Part shown: positions 28,334 through 38,379 of the stretch, piece after piece
How the letters are laid out: each line of letters begins with the position of its first letter
How positions within the stretch are numbered: the first letter of the stretch is position 1
Origin: Candidatus Latescibacterota bacterium
GTDB taxonomy: Bacteria > Latescibacterota > UBA2968 > UBA8231
Direction: 5' to 3'
Assembly (NCBI GenBank): GCA_965221775.1
Contig: CBDCSU010000005.1
Location: 768,001-832,000, forward strand
DNA length: 64,000 bases
The notes under the pieces: generated by a model
The model's database searches: none
Told to the model about the DNA's origin: nothing
What the model saw: the letters and a program-made list of their open reading frames with translations, nothing else
Translations under genes and position numbers: made by a program

Positions 28334-29658
28334 CGGAAGACCTCCTTGGGCGGCGAGTTCGGGGGCCAGTAGCCCTCGGCGTCCTCGTCCCACTCGCGGC
28401 CGCACATGCGCGAGATGACCTTCCACTCCGCCGCCGTCAGGTGGCCGTGGTTGTGGAACAGGAAGCGCCGCAGGCCGGCCGCCTCCGAGGCCTCGAGGAT
28501 GCGCTTGAGGTCGCCCGCCGTCATCGGGTCGCCGCGGTGAGGCATGCGGCCCGTGTCGACCCAGGGCAGCACCTTCTCGGGCCGGCTCGCCGCGGCCAGG
28601 GCGCGGCGCGTCTCCTCGGCCACGGTCTCGTCGAAGAAGGCCTGGGGGAAGCCGTGGTCCATGTCGGCCCTGGACTCGACCTCCGGCAGGTCGGTGCCGA
28701 ACCAGGCGCGCACCACGGTGAAGCAGTCGGCCTCGGTCAGCCCCGGGTTCAGCTCCTTCACCTTCTCCACCCAGCGGGTGATGGTGCCGTAGAGGCCGTC
28801 GAAACCGCGCTGCCAGAAGTAGTGCTTCACCAGCATCAGGTCGAGGATCTCGTCCCAGGCGGCGTAGTCGATGCCGGTGATACCGGTGAACATGGCGGTG
28901 CGCAGGCCGTTGCCGAGAAGCAGCTTGCGCGGCAGCCGGTCGACCTCGGCGCGGAACGCCCGGCCCTCGGCGAGGCTCGCCTCGCGGCGCCAGCGCAGCC
29001 AGTGGAGGCCGTCCTCGCGCAGGTCGAAGAGGTTCACGGCCGAGAGCATGCCGTGGTGGCCGTAGTAGCGCACCCGCCGGGGGGTGAGCCGCGAGAACGC
29101 CTCCATCAGTTGACGGCGGCCGTTGTCCAGGCGGTCGGCGTCGTGGCCGGTGGCCTCCGCCCGGCGGCGGTCGGCGGCGGTGAGCTCGCGGAAGACGGCG
29201 CCGTACTCGTAGGGCAGCTCCGCCCAGCCGTCCATGACGCCGCCGTCGGCCTGGGGGAAGGCGCTGAACACGTCCTCCCACACGGCGGCGTGGGACAGGG
29301 CGCCGAAGGGATCGTGCCCGGGAGGTGCCGAGACGCTGTGGGTGCTCTGGCCGGGGCAGAACACGAGCACCGGCCAGCCCCGGCGCTTGACGTCGTCGAG
29401 CATGGCGTGGAGCTGCTTCTCCCGGGCCGCGTCGGGCTCCGCCGAAGCCGGCGCCAGCTCCAGGCCGCGCCGGCGGAAGGGCTCCGGGTCGGGGCGGAAG
29501 GCCGGCACCGTGAACCCGCCCTCGCCGTTGGCGAAGACCAGCCGCCCGAAGACGAGGCCGCGGATGCCGCCCGCGTCCCAGGCGTCGAGGATGCGCTCGT
29601 AGTCGTCGAGGACGTTCTCCAGGGGCTGTCCGATGCGGATCCAGGGTACCAGGGCCAT
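28330..29658 (-). CDS. Hypothetical protein (possible TIM-barrel fold)
   Basis: 442-aa ORF with host-like codon usage, a GGAG RBS and coupling to the downstream gene. I recognise no motif. Confidence 0.7.
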   Translation of the reverse strand: MALVPWIRIGQPLENVLDDYERILDAWDAGGIRGLVFGRLVFANGEGGFTVPAFRPDPEPFRRRGLELAPASAEPDAAREKQLHAMLDDVKRRGWPVLVFCPGQSTHSVSAPPGHDPFGALSHAAVWEDVFSAFPQADGGVMDGWAELPYEYGAVFRELTAADRRRAEATGHDADRLDNGRRQLMEAFSRLTPRRVRYYGHHGMLSAVNLFDLREDGLHWLRWRREASLAEGRAFRAEVDRLPRKLLLGNGLRTAMFTGITGIDYAAWDEILDLMLVKHYFWQRGFDGLYGTITRWVEKVKELNPGLTEADCFTVVRAWFGTDLPEVESRADMDHGFPQAFFDETVAEETRRALAAASRPEKVLPWVDTGRMPHRGDPMTAGDLKRILEASEAAGLRRFLFHNHGHLTAAEWKVISRMCGREWDEDAEGYWPPNSPPKEVFR

Positions 29659-29661
29659 GAT

Positions 29662-30372
29662 CTACTCCCCTCCCGCCACGGCGGTGGAGTCCGCGCCGGC
29701 GGTCGAGTCCGCCATGGCGCCGTACTGCTCCAGCAGCGACAGGCGCTCCTGCCTCTGCTGCCGTCTCCGCTCCGCCAGCTCCAGGCGCTCCAGCTCCTGC
29801 CGCTGGGAGCGGGTGAGGAGCTCCTCGAAACCGGTCCGGTGGCGCTCCTGTAGGTCCTCGTAGTCGTCGGGCGACGGCGGACGGCCTGCCTTCTTGAGGG
29901 CGGCCACCTCCCCGCGCAGCTCCGTAAGCAGCTGCAGCCACTGCCGCCGCTGCTGCGGCGACAGGTAGAGGACGTCCGCCAGCCCCATGGGCTCCAGGTG
30001 CTGTCCGGGATCGAGCCAGCGCTGCCGCTGGTAGCGGCGGGCCCGGTCGATGAGGGCCAGCTGGTCCGCGGTGAGCACCGAGTCCCGCCCCGCCCCGTAG
30101 GCGTCGATCGCCTGGCGGTAGCGCACCCGGCCCCCCCGGGGCGAGATGAGGCCCTCCGCGATCTGGAGGCGCAGCAGGTCGAGCTCCTCCTGCAGGCGCT
30201 GTCTAAGGTCCCGCAGAGACTGCCGCTGGGCGTCGCCGAGGTCGAGGGCCAGAACCAGGCGGCGGTGGAAGTCCTCCCGGAGGCTGTCGGTGTGGGCGGG
30301 GGAGGGCGGCTGTCCCGAGGCCGCGCCGGCGGCGAGGAGGCACAGCGTCAGCAGGCCGGTGAAGGGCCTCAT
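29662..30372 (-). CDS. Exported helical protein with two Spy/CpxP-like (LTxxQ) repeats
   Basis: Signal peptide, LDLGDAQR..VLTADQ and LYLSPQQR..LLTRSQ. Confidence 0.6.
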   Translation of the reverse strand: MRPFTGLLTLCLLAAGAASGQPPSPAHTDSLREDFHRRLVLALDLGDAQRQSLRDLRQRLQEELDLLRLQIAEGLISPRGGRVRYRQAIDAYGAGRDSVLTADQLALIDRARRYQRQRWLDPGQHLEPMGLADVLYLSPQQRRQWLQLLTELRGEVAALKKAGRPPSPDDYEDLQERHRTGFEELLTRSQRQELERLELAERRRQQRQERLSLLEQYGAMADSTAGADSTAVAGGE

Positions 30373-30383
30373 GGGTGAGCGCG

Positions 30384-31253
30384 TCAGACCTCGATGGCCT
30401 GGTCCAGGGCCCGCATGTAACCGACGGTCCACGCCAGCCCCGCCGCCGAGTCGCCGGCGATGGAGGGGTAGTGCTCGGGGTAGACCTGGCCCTTGTAGCC
30501 GATCCGCTTCAAGGCCCGGAAGCAGCCGGCCATGTCGACCTCGCCGGTGCCGAAGGCGACCTCCAGGTAGCCGAGCCGCTCGAAGCGCTCGCGCAGTTCC
30601 GGCGGCACCGGGCCGGCCGGGCGGGTCTCCACGTCGCGGGCGTGGAACATGAAGATGCGGTCCCCGTAGTCGAGGATGTTGGCCACCAGGTCGTCGCCGG
30701 CCATCTGCGACTTGCCCTGGCAGAAGGTGACGCCGGTGTTGGCGCTGGGGGCCTGGTCGAGGAGCCGCGACATCGACTCGTAGTTCCACAACAGGCGGTC
30801 GGGGACGTGGTAGTGATGGGTGGAGACCTTCACCCCCGCCGCCTCGGCGCGCTCGGCCAGGCCGCGGTAGTACTCCACCAGGCCCCGCCACAGGGCGGCG
30901 CGCTCGCCATCGTCGGCGAGGGGGTCGACGTTGAGGTAGAAATGCACATAGGGCACGCCCGCGGTCCCCATCGACTCCAGCAGCCGGCCCATGGACTCCA
31001 GCTCGCGCTCGCGCACCTCGGCGTCGGCGAAGGCCTGCTGGGGCACCCGCGGCGGCGTCAGCGCCGCCAGGGTCACGCCCTCGGCGGCGTACTCTCCGGC
31101 CAGGCGGGCCAGGTACCCCGCGTCCGGCGTAACTTCGTCGCCGGACGCGTCGGAGACGCTCAGCACGATGTGGCGCACCGCCGTGTCGCGGCAGAAGGCC
31201 CGGTTGCGCTCGTGGTCCCTGCCGAAGGGGGCGAAGATTCCGATATCGAGCAT
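30384..31253 (-). CDS. Mannonate dehydratase-like / xylose-isomerase TIM-barrel protein
   Basis: AEAAGVKVSTH, GVTFCQG, IFMFHARD, EVAFGTGEVDM, YPEHYP and AWTVGYMRAL. Confidence 0.78.
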   Translation of the reverse strand: MLDIGIFAPFGRDHERNRAFCRDTAVRHIVLSVSDASGDEVTPDAGYLARLAGEYAAEGVTLAALTPPRVPQQAFADAEVRERELESMGRLLESMGTAGVPYVHFYLNVDPLADDGERAALWRGLVEYYRGLAERAEAAGVKVSTHHYHVPDRLLWNYESMSRLLDQAPSANTGVTFCQGKSQMAGDDLVANILDYGDRIFMFHARDVETRPAGPVPPELRERFERLGYLEVAFGTGEVDMAGCFRALKRIGYKGQVYPEHYPSIAGDSAAGLAWTVGYMRALDQAIEV

Positions 31254-31300
31254 GTGTTGAAGGATAGTCACGGCCGAGGGGCGCCGCCGAGGGTTGGCAT

Positions 31301-31332
31301 AAAAAAACCGGCGCGCCGCTGCGACGCGCCGG
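31301..31332 (-). terminator. Rho-independent terminator
   Basis: Minus strand CCGGCGCG, 9-nt loop, CGCGCCGG, then 7 T. Confidence 0.8.
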
Positions 31333-31465
31333 GATACCACTTGGGCGCCGGCGAACCGCCGGCGCCGCGCCAGGTGGGCGACCACCTGGACCTACTGAAA
31401 CCGTCAGGTCAGGTGGTCGCACCTCCTGCGGGTATACAACTGCTCACGGACCACCTCCTTTCGTA
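31301..31465 (-). ncRNA. Candidate structured small RNA or leader carrying a 12-codon ORF
   Basis: AAAGGAGGTGGTCC then GTG..TGA (31447-31409, MSSCIPAGGATT), hairpins at 31378-31420 and 31344-31366, and the terminator. Confidence 0.5.
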
Positions 31466-31701
31466 TCGGCTGCGAGAGCCCTGGACACCGGCACCGGATT
31501 GCGGGGTGCCGCCGCAAGAGTGGGCCCGCGCGCTCATCCCTGGCCCTGCAGCGTTCGCCCGAAGGGCGGGATCAGGGGGCCAGTTGGCATTCTGCCCGGG
31601 GCCGGCGTCCTTCGCCGGCCCAGCGTGCGCGGTGTCGTGTCCGCGCCTCGCTAATCTACCTCGCCGCCCGAAACGAAGTCAAGAAGTTGTACACTTGGAT
31701 C

Positions 31702-33099
31702 ATGGATCAGAGCGCCCACACCGAGACCGCCATCGTCGGCGGCGGCCTCTGGGGGCTGGCGGCGGCCCACTTCCTGCGCCGGCTGGCCCCGGAGAGCGAG
31801 GTCTCGGTCTTCGAGGCGGCCCCGCGGCCGGGCGGCGCCGTGCGCACCCTTCGCCGCGACGGATTCCTCTTCGACGCCGGGCCCTCCAGCCTCCTCGACA
31901 ACTCCCCCGATCTGCGCCGGCTGCTGGCCGGCACCGGCCTGACCGGGCGACTGATCCAGGCGCGGGAGGCCGCCGCGCGGAACCGCTTCATCGTCCGCGA
32001 CGGCGCCCTGCGGCGGGTCCCGGCGAGTCCCCCGGCGCTGCTGAAGTCGGATCTGCTGTCGGCCGCCGCCAAGCTGCGCGCCGCCCGCGAGCCCCTGGTG
32101 CGGCGGGCGCCCGCCGATGCCGAGGAGAGCCTGGAGCAGTTCGTCGGGCGCCGCCTCGGCCGCGAGGTCGTCGACTACGCCGCCGACCCCTTCGTGGCCG
32201 GCACCTTCGCGGGATCGCCCTCGGAGTTGTGCGTGCGCTCCGCCTTCCCGCGCCTGTGGCAGCTGGAGCAGGAGCACGGCAGCCTGATCCGCGGCGCCGC
32301 CAAGGCGTCGCGGCGGCGGCAGACAGAGCCGTCGGCCGCCACCGGCGCCACCGGTCCCGGTGGCGGGATCGTCAGCTTCCGCGGCGGCATGCAGACCCTG
32401 GTGGAGGGGCTGGCCGCGCCCCTTGGCGAGGGGCTGCGCACGCGCGCCCGGCTGATCTCCGTGAGCCGCGGGTCCGGCGGCTTCCGCCTCGCCTTCGAGG
32501 GGCCCGGGGCCCCCGCCCGCGTCACCGCCCGCGCCGTCCTGCTGACCCTGCCGGCCCACGCCTACCGGGAGCTGCGCCTCGACGCCGACCTGCCCGAGGG
32601 GCTGGCCGAGATCCCCTATCCCCCGGTGACGGCGGTGTTCTTCGGGTACGCGCGGCATCCCCTGGACCCGCCGCCGGAGGGCCTCGGCTTCCTGGTGCCG
32701 CGCGTCGAGGGGCGCCGCATCCTGGGCACGTTCTGGAACTCCTCGGCCTTCGCGGGACGGGCGCCGGAGGGCGGCGCCGCCTTCACCACCTTCGTCGGCG
32801 GCCGCCGCCAGCCGCAGATCGCCGCCTGGGACGACGGCCGCCTCGCCGAGACCGTCCGCGGCGAGCTGCGCGAGCTGATGGGGGTGGAGCCGGCGCCGGA
32901 CGTGGTCCTCATCCACCGCTGGCAACGGGCGATCCCCCAGTACGTCGTCGGCCACCGCGCCCTCATGGCCGGGATCGACCGCCTGGAGGCCGGCTGCCCG
33001 GGCCTGTTCGTGGGCGGCAACCTCCGCGGCGGCATCTCCATCGGCGACTGCGTCACCGGCGCCGCGGAGGCGGCGCGGCGCATCGCCGCGCGCCTGTGA
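31702..33099 (+). CDS. hemG: Protoporphyrinogen/coproporphyrinogen oxidase (HemY-type flavoprotein)
   Basis: [55 protein letters not shown] and GISIGDC. Adjacent to hemA. Confidence 0.92.
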   Translation: MDQSAHTETAIVGGGLWGLAAAHFLRRLAPESEVSVFEAAPRPGGAVRTLRRDGFLFDAGPSSLLDNSPDLRRLLAGTGLTGRLIQAREAAARNRFIVRDGALRRVPASPPALLKSDLLSAAAKLRAAREPLVRRAPADAEESLEQFVGRRLGREVVDYAADPFVAGTFAGSPSELCVRSAFPRLWQLEQEHGSLIRGAAKASRRRQTEPSAATGATGPGGGIVSFRGGMQTLVEGLAAPLGEGLRTRARLISVSRGSGGFRLAFEGPGAPARVTARAVLLTLPAHAYRELRLDADLPEGLAEIPYPPVTAVFFGYARHPLDPPPEGLGFLVPRVEGRRILGTFWNSSAFAGRAPEGGAAFTTFVGGRRQPQIAAWDDGRLAETVRGELRELMGVEPAPDVVLIHRWQRAIPQYVVGHRALMAGIDRLEAGCPGLFVGGNLRGGISIGDCVTGAAEAARRIAARL

Positions 33100-33181
33100 C
33101 CGCTTTGCCGCCACCGGGGGCAACCGGCATCTTTTCCGGCCCCGGCCGGTGCTGACGCCGGCCGCCCTGGCTGCTGACGCC

Positions 33182-34447
33182 GTGCGCCTCCTCACCTTCG
33201 GACTCAACCACACCACCGCCCCCGTCGAGGTGCGGGAACGCCTCGCCTTCGCCGAGGGCGACCGGCCCGACTCCCTGCGCCGCCTGCGCGACGGTTACGG
33301 CCTGGCCGAGGCGGCGATCCTGTCCACCTGCAATCGCTCCGAGATCTACGCCGCCGGCAACGGCTCCGGCTTCGAGGAGGTGCGCCGCTTCCTGGCCGAG
33401 GAGCGCCGCGTCGACGTGGCCGGCCTCTCCTCCTGCACCTACGAGTACCTCGACGGCGACGCCGCCGCCCACCTCTTCCGGGTGGCCTCCGGCATCGACT
33501 CCCTGGTCATCGGCGAGTCACAGATCCTCGGCCAGGTCCGCGAGTCCCTGCAGGCATCCCAGGCCGCGGGATCGGCGCGGCTGGTGATCAACGAGGTCTT
33601 CCAGCGGGCCCTGCGCGTCGGCAAGCGGGCCCGCGCCGAGACCGACATCGGCCGCGGCCACCTGTCGGTGAGCACCGCCGCGGTGGAGCTGGCGGGACAG
33701 ATCTTCGACGACCTGTCGTCCCACGGCGCCCTGCTGATCGGCGCCGGGGAGATGATCGAGCTCACCGCCCGCTACCTGCTGGACACCGGGCTGACCCGCT
33801 TCGTGGTCGCCAACCGCACCGCCGCCAACGCCGACGAGCTGGCCCGCCGCTTCCAGGGCGAGGCCGTCTCCCTCGAGGCCGTGGGCGAGCGCCTCCTCGA
33901 GGCCGACATCGTCATCGCCGGCACCACCGCCCCCGGCTTCGTGATCGACGCCGGCACCGTGGCCGCGGCCATGGCCGGGCGGCGCGGGCGGCCGCTGTTC
34001 CTCATCGACATCGCCGTGCCCCGCGACGTCGATCCCGAGGTGCGCGGCCTCGACAACGTCTTCCTCTTCGACATCGACGACCTCGAGAGCGTCGTCGCCT
34101 CCAACCGGCGGGAGCGCGAGGGCGAGATCCGCCGCGTCGAGGCGATCGTCGACGAGGAGCTGGGCGGCTTCCTGCAGTGGTTGAACTCCCTCGGCTCGGG
34201 AGACGTGATCCGCGCCCTCCGGCAGCACAGCTCGGAGCTGCGATCGACGGAGCTGCAGCGCTGGGCGGCGCGGCTCGGCCACCTGTCCGAGGAGGACCGC
34301 GCCCTCGTGGAGCGCATCCTGCGGGACTACACCAACAAGCTGCTGCACCAGCCGCTGGTGCAGATCCGCGAGCTCTCGGCAGGGCCCGACGGCCACCTGC
34401 ACCTGGAGACGGTGCGGCGCCTCTTCGACCTCGACGAGACCCCGTGA
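33182..34447 (+). CDS. hemA: Glutamyl-tRNA reductase
   Basis: GLNHTTAPVEVRE, LSTCNRSE, SGIDSLVIGESQILGQV, IGAGEM and DIAVPRD. Confidence 0.96.
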   Translation: MRLLTFGLNHTTAPVEVRERLAFAEGDRPDSLRRLRDGYGLAEAAILSTCNRSEIYAAGNGSGFEEVRRFLAEERRVDVAGLSSCTYEYLDGDAAAHLFRVASGIDSLVIGESQILGQVRESLQASQAAGSARLVINEVFQRALRVGKRARAETDIGRGHLSVSTAAVELAGQIFDDLSSHGALLIGAGEMIELTARYLLDTGLTRFVVANRTAANADELARRFQGEAVSLEAVGERLLEADIVIAGTTAPGFVIDAGTVAAAMAGRRGRPLFLIDIAVPRDVDPEVRGLDNVFLFDIDDLESVVASNRREREGEIRRVEAIVDEELGGFLQWLNSLGSGDVIRALRQHSSELRSTELQRWAARLGHLSEEDRALVERILRDYTNKLLHQPLVQIRELSAGPDGHLHLETVRRLFDLDETP

Positions 34448-35250
34448 CCACCGCCTGCCTCGCATTCCTGGGGATCGCCCTGGCCCTCTACCTGGCGGCC
34501 TCCCTCGCCTTCCAGGGCCACCTGTGGCTGGGCCATCCCGCCTGGGAGCGCTGGGGCCGGAGGGGCCTGCTGACCGCCGTCGCCCTGCACGCTCTCGGCC
34601 TGCTGCTCCACGTCCTCTTCGCGCCGCCGCCCTGGCTGGCCAACATGACCTTCCTCACCTCTCTCGTGGTCATCGCCTTCGTCACCGCCGGCCTGCTCCT
34701 CGAGCGCTTCACTCCCCTGCGCCACTTCAACCTCGTCCTGGCGCCCCTCGCCTTTCTCGGCACCCTCTACCCGCTGCTCATGCCGGTCCGCTTCGAGGAG
34801 TCGGCCTCCATCCTGCTGCGCTACCCGTGGCTCGGCACCCACGTCCTCACCACCCTCCTCGGCCAGGTCGGCTTCGCCCTCTCCTTCTGCGCCGCCGCCG
34901 CCTACCTGCTGCAGAGCCGGGCCCTCAAGCGCGGCCGCCTGAACCGCTTCCTCCCCGCCCTCGACACGTCGGCGCAGGCCGCCTTCCACGCCGCCGCCTG
35001 GGGCTTCTTCCTGTTCTCCATGGGGCTGGCCATGGGGGCGGCGTGGATGTTCGGCGCCCCGGGCGAGTCGCTGCGCGCCCTGGACCCCAAGATCCTCCTG
35101 GCCCTGCCTACGTGGGGTTTCTTCGCCGCCTACCTCTACCTGCGCGGCATGAGGGGCCGCCACGGCAGCCGCCTCAAGTGGCTGGTGATCACCGGTTTCA
35201 CCGTGGGCCTGGTGAACTACCTGGTGGTGCCCCACCAGTTCGCCGGCTAG
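34444..35250 (+). CDS. Cytochrome c assembly (CcsA/HemX/YpjD-like) membrane protein
   Basis: About 8 TM segments, WLGTHV, YLLQSRALK, LPALD and DPK. GTGA overlap with hemA. Confidence 0.8.
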   Translation: MTTACLAFLGIALALYLAASLAFQGHLWLGHPAWERWGRRGLLTAVALHALGLLLHVLFAPPPWLANMTFLTSLVVIAFVTAGLLLERFTPLRHFNLVLAPLAFLGTLYPLLMPVRFEESASILLRYPWLGTHVLTTLLGQVGFALSFCAAAAYLLQSRALKRGRLNRFLPALDTSAQAAFHAAAWGFFLFSMGLAMGAAWMFGAPGESLRALDPKILLALPTWGFFAAYLYLRGMRGRHGSRLKWLVITGFTVGLVNYLVVPHQFAG

Positions 35251-35259
35251 CCGCCCTTC

Positions 35260-35952
35260 TCAGGCGAACTCGATCTCCAGGGTGTCGAGGACGACGTAGC
35301 CCTCGGGCAGTCGGGACCGCCAGATCGGGTAGTCGCGCCCCGCCCGCAGCCGGTGCGGGTCCCCGTCCACCGGCCCCATGGGATCGACGGTGAGAGGGAA
35401 CAGGATCAGCAGGATGTTGAGGTTCACGTCGCCGAGGATGCGCTCCAGGGGGCGCTCGCCGTAGGTCTCGCCGCGGCCGTGGCGGGTGCCGAGGCACTGC
35501 CACAGGGCCGGGTCCGGGTCGAGGGTCACGGTGGGCTCGCTCCAGTCCGCGGTGACCGGGAAGGGCCGGCCCGTGCACACCCACCCCGAGGTCAAGCCGT
35601 CGCAGCGGCCCTGCCCCAGAAAGACCAGCTGCGAGCCCCGCGTCTCCAGCTCGCCGCGCAGGCGCAGGGTCACCCGGGCGCCGCGGTAGTCGGTGGGGCA
35701 GCCGCTGTCGATGAGGCTGCTGCGCCCGCCGGCGTCGAGGGTGCGCTCGTCGAGGGCGCCGCGGGTGTTGGAGCCGTAGAGGATGTGGAGGTACCCCGCC
35801 CCGGGAGGCGCGTGGTTGTAGTCGACCCACCAAGGGCTGCGCGAGGTCAGGGTGCCGGGGGCCCACTCCAGCCGCCGGGGGCCGCGGACGTTGTCCTCGC
35901 AGCCGCACCAGCCGGCGGGGCCGTCGTCGAAGGTCTCGGTGTACGTCGTCAT
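35260..35952 (-). CDS. Hypothetical protein (beta-sandwich-like)
   Basis: 230-aa ORF with AAGGAG RBS, YTETFDDGPAGW start and DTLEIEF end. Confidence 0.65.
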   Translation of the reverse strand: MTTYTETFDDGPAGWCGCEDNVRGPRRLEWAPGTLTSRSPWWVDYNHAPPGAGYLHILYGSNTRGALDERTLDAGGRSSLIDSGCPTDYRGARVTLRLRGELETRGSQLVFLGQGRCDGLTSGWVCTGRPFPVTADWSEPTVTLDPDPALWQCLGTRHGRGETYGERPLERILGDVNLNILLILFPLTVDPMGPVDGDPHRLRAGRDYPIWRSRLPEGYVVLDTLEIEFA

Positions 35953-35956
35953 CTGG

Positions 35957-36937
35957 TCACTCCTTCGGGCAGTGGGCCACGCCGATGTGGCGGTAGATGC
36001 CGGCGCGGTCGGACAGGACCCTCCCGTCGCCGGCGCCGTAGAGGTTCCCGTGGTCGCGGGTGCAGTAGTACATGAGGTAGCGGCCGCCGTCGTCGAGGAC
36101 GCAGGGCGTGGAGGTGTAGCGGCCGTCGAAGGTGTCGGGATCGCGGGTGGCGGGCAGGACCGGCTCCGGGTGGTGGGTCCACGTCAGCCCGTCCTCCGAG
36201 GTGGAGCAGAAGATCTCGAAGAGGCTCTCCCCCACGTGGCAGGCGTACCACATGGTGTATCCCCCTCCGTCCCGCATCACCCAGGGATAGATGACGGAGT
36301 GGCGGGTCTTGGTGGCCGACAGCATCGGCTCCGGGTCGCGCTGCCAGCTCAGGCCGTCGGCCGACTCGAAGCGGTAGATGTGGCTCACCCGGGCCTGGAA
36401 GTCGCCGTCCGGGTCGGGGGACGAGTTCATCCACATGCGCCAGGCGGCGGGGCCGTCCTTCATCACGAAGGGGCCGTGGCCCTCGGGGTGGACGGGCTCG
36501 GGATGGACGTCCCAGCGCAGGCCGTCGGGGCTGGAGGCGTAGCCGAGCTTCTGATCGATGTCGACCAGGCGGCCCTCGTCGCTGCGGCGGCCGGCGAGGC
36601 TGACGAACCACATGCGGAAGAAGTCCTCCTCCTCGTCGAAGATCACGTGTGGCGATCCCCAGGAGCTGCCGAAGGGCATGTCCGCCGCCGTCAGGACCGG
36701 GTTCGCCTCGTGGGGGCTCCAGCTCAGTCCGTCGGCGGACTCGGCGTAGCCCAGGCACATGTCGGCGGTGCGCGTGGCGGTGCTGTTGCCGAGGTACCAC
36801 ATGCGGTAGCGGCCTTTGGCGAAGACCACCGTCGGGTAGTAGAGCTGCACCCGGCACCAGGCCTGGTCCGTGGTCATGGCCGAGAGGGCGGGCTGGTCCG
36901 GCCGCTGCCATCGGAGGCGGTGAAGGGGCGTGGTCAC
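35957..36937 (-). CDS. Five-bladed beta-propeller glycoside hydrolase-like protein
   Basis: Repeated P.V....YRMWY...GYAES.DGLSW blades, four or more copies. Confidence 0.8.
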   Translation of the reverse strand: MTTPLHRLRWQRPDQPALSAMTTDQAWCRVQLYYPTVVFAKGRYRMWYLGNSTATRTADMCLGYAESADGLSWSPHEANPVLTAADMPFGSSWGSPHVIFDEEEDFFRMWFVSLAGRRSDEGRLVDIDQKLGYASSPDGLRWDVHPEPVHPEGHGPFVMKDGPAAWRMWMNSSPDPDGDFQARVSHIYRFESADGLSWQRDPEPMLSATKTRHSVIYPWVMRDGGGYTMWYACHVGESLFEIFCSTSEDGLTWTHHPEPVLPATRDPDTFDGRYTSTPCVLDDGGRYLMYYCTRDHGNLYGAGDGRVLSDRAGIYRHIGVAHCPKE

Positions 36938-36947
36938 GGTCTTCCTT

Positions 36948-38252
36948 TCATGCGGCGGCGGCCGGCTTGCGGGGCGGCCTCGCGAGCAGGAGCATGAGCG
37001 CGGTGGCGGCGCCGAGGACGGCGAAGGCCGCGAAGGCGGGGACGTAGCTCCGGGCGCCCGGAGCCGAGAGATGGTCGAAGACGACGCCCGGCACGAGAGC
37101 GCCCACGGCCTGCCCGAAGGTGGTGAAGGGCTCGGTGGCGCCGCGGATGGCGCCCAGGGACCGGCGGCCGAAGTAGTCGGCATAGACCACGGGCGGCACG
37201 GTGAGCATGCCGCCCAGGCCGAAGCCGAAGACCGCCGAGCAGGCCAGGGCTTCGACGCCGGTGTCGGCGGTGACGAAGAGGGCCGAACCCGCGGCCATGA
37301 CCAGGGCCACGGCGGCCATAACGTAGCGGGGGGCCCATCCCTCTACCACCCGTCCCCAGACCAGGCCGCCGATCCCCAGGAAGGCGGCGTTGAGGCTGAT
37401 CGCCAGGCCCGCCGTCGCCGCGTCGAGCCCCTGGTCGCGGAAGAAGGCCGCCGCGTGGGTGTTGGTCCCGGCCTGCACGAGAAAGAGGGCGCCCGTGCCG
37501 ATGGCGAGGATCCACAGGGCCGGCGTTCGCGCCGCCTCCGCCAGGGTCCACCCGGGCTCCTCCCCCGGCGAGGCGGAGTCCTCCGGCGGGTCCGCGGGGT
37601 CCCCGTCGGGGCGCAGGCCCACCTCCTCGGGGCTCTGCGCCGTCAGCAGCCAGGACGGCAGCAGGGCGACACCCCACACCACCAGACCCAGCACCACCCA
37701 AGCCTCCCGCCAGCCTTCGCGGGCGATGATCACCGAGGCCAGCAGCGGGAAGAGGATCATCCCCGCCGAGTGGGTAGCCGAGAGCATGCCGTTGACCCGC
37801 CCCCGCATGCGCACGAACCAGCGCGAGACGACCACCGACGCCGCGATCGGCACGGGGCTGGAGAAGATGACCCGGCCGGTGCCGCAGGCGAGGTAGAAGG
37901 CCCAGGGGACGGCGGCGCCGAAGAGGGTGACCGTGGCGGTGGCCCAGGCGAGGGAGATGGTGGCCAGGCCGAGGACGAAGACGCTGAGGGTGAGCACCGC
38001 GCGGGCGCCGAAGCGGTCCACCGTCCAGCCCACCGCCGGCGAGGCCAGGGTCGCCGCCAGGCCCCCCAGGCTCGCGGCGCCGGCGATCAGGGTGCGGCTC
38101 CAGCCCAGCTCCTGCGACAGGGGGTAGACGAAGACGGCGATGGTCAGGCTCGCCGCGGCGTTGCGCACGAAGTTGCAGGAGCCCGCCGACAGCAGGACCA
38201 CCCAGCCGTAGAAGAAGGGGGTGCGCCGGGCCAGCAGGGGTGCGAGGTTCAA
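36948..38252 (-). CDS. MFS transporter (OFA/MCT-like)
   Basis: [34 protein letters not shown] and about 12 TM segments. Confidence 0.92.
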   Translation of the reverse strand: MNLAPLLARRTPFFYGWVVLLSAGSCNFVRNAAASLTIAVFVYPLSQELGWSRTLIAGAASLGGLAATLASPAVGWTVDRFGARAVLTLSVFVLGLATISLAWATATVTLFGAAVPWAFYLACGTGRVIFSSPVPIAASVVVSRWFVRMRGRVNGMLSATHSAGMILFPLLASVIIAREGWREAWVVLGLVVWGVALLPSWLLTAQSPEEVGLRPDGDPADPPEDSASPGEEPGWTLAEAARTPALWILAIGTGALFLVQAGTNTHAAAFFRDQGLDAATAGLAISLNAAFLGIGGLVWGRVVEGWAPRYVMAAVALVMAAGSALFVTADTGVEALACSAVFGFGLGGMLTVPPVVYADYFGRRSLGAIRGATEPFTTFGQAVGALVPGVVFDHLSAPGARSYVPAFAAFAVLGAATALMLLLARPPRKPAAAA

Positions 38253-38379
38253 GGGAAGGCTCTCTCGATCTCGAAGCAGGCTTGTCTCACCCGGCCTCGC
38301 GGCCCGGCAGGGCCATCTTGCGTCGACCGTGGCCGCCTCGACAGTTTACGGCGGAACCCCCACCCACGGGAAAAGGCTC

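Noticed and set aside
31448-31462. GGACCACCTCCTTTC resembling the 16S rRNA 3' end
   Set aside because: No other rRNA sequence adjoins it. It is better read as a strong SD on the minus strand (reported as a finding).
31301-31700. Known riboswitch (ZTP, c-di-GMP, cobalamin) upstream of the UxuA-like gene or hemG
   Set aside because: I could not match the conserved aptamer cores. An Rfam scan is needed to exclude them formally.
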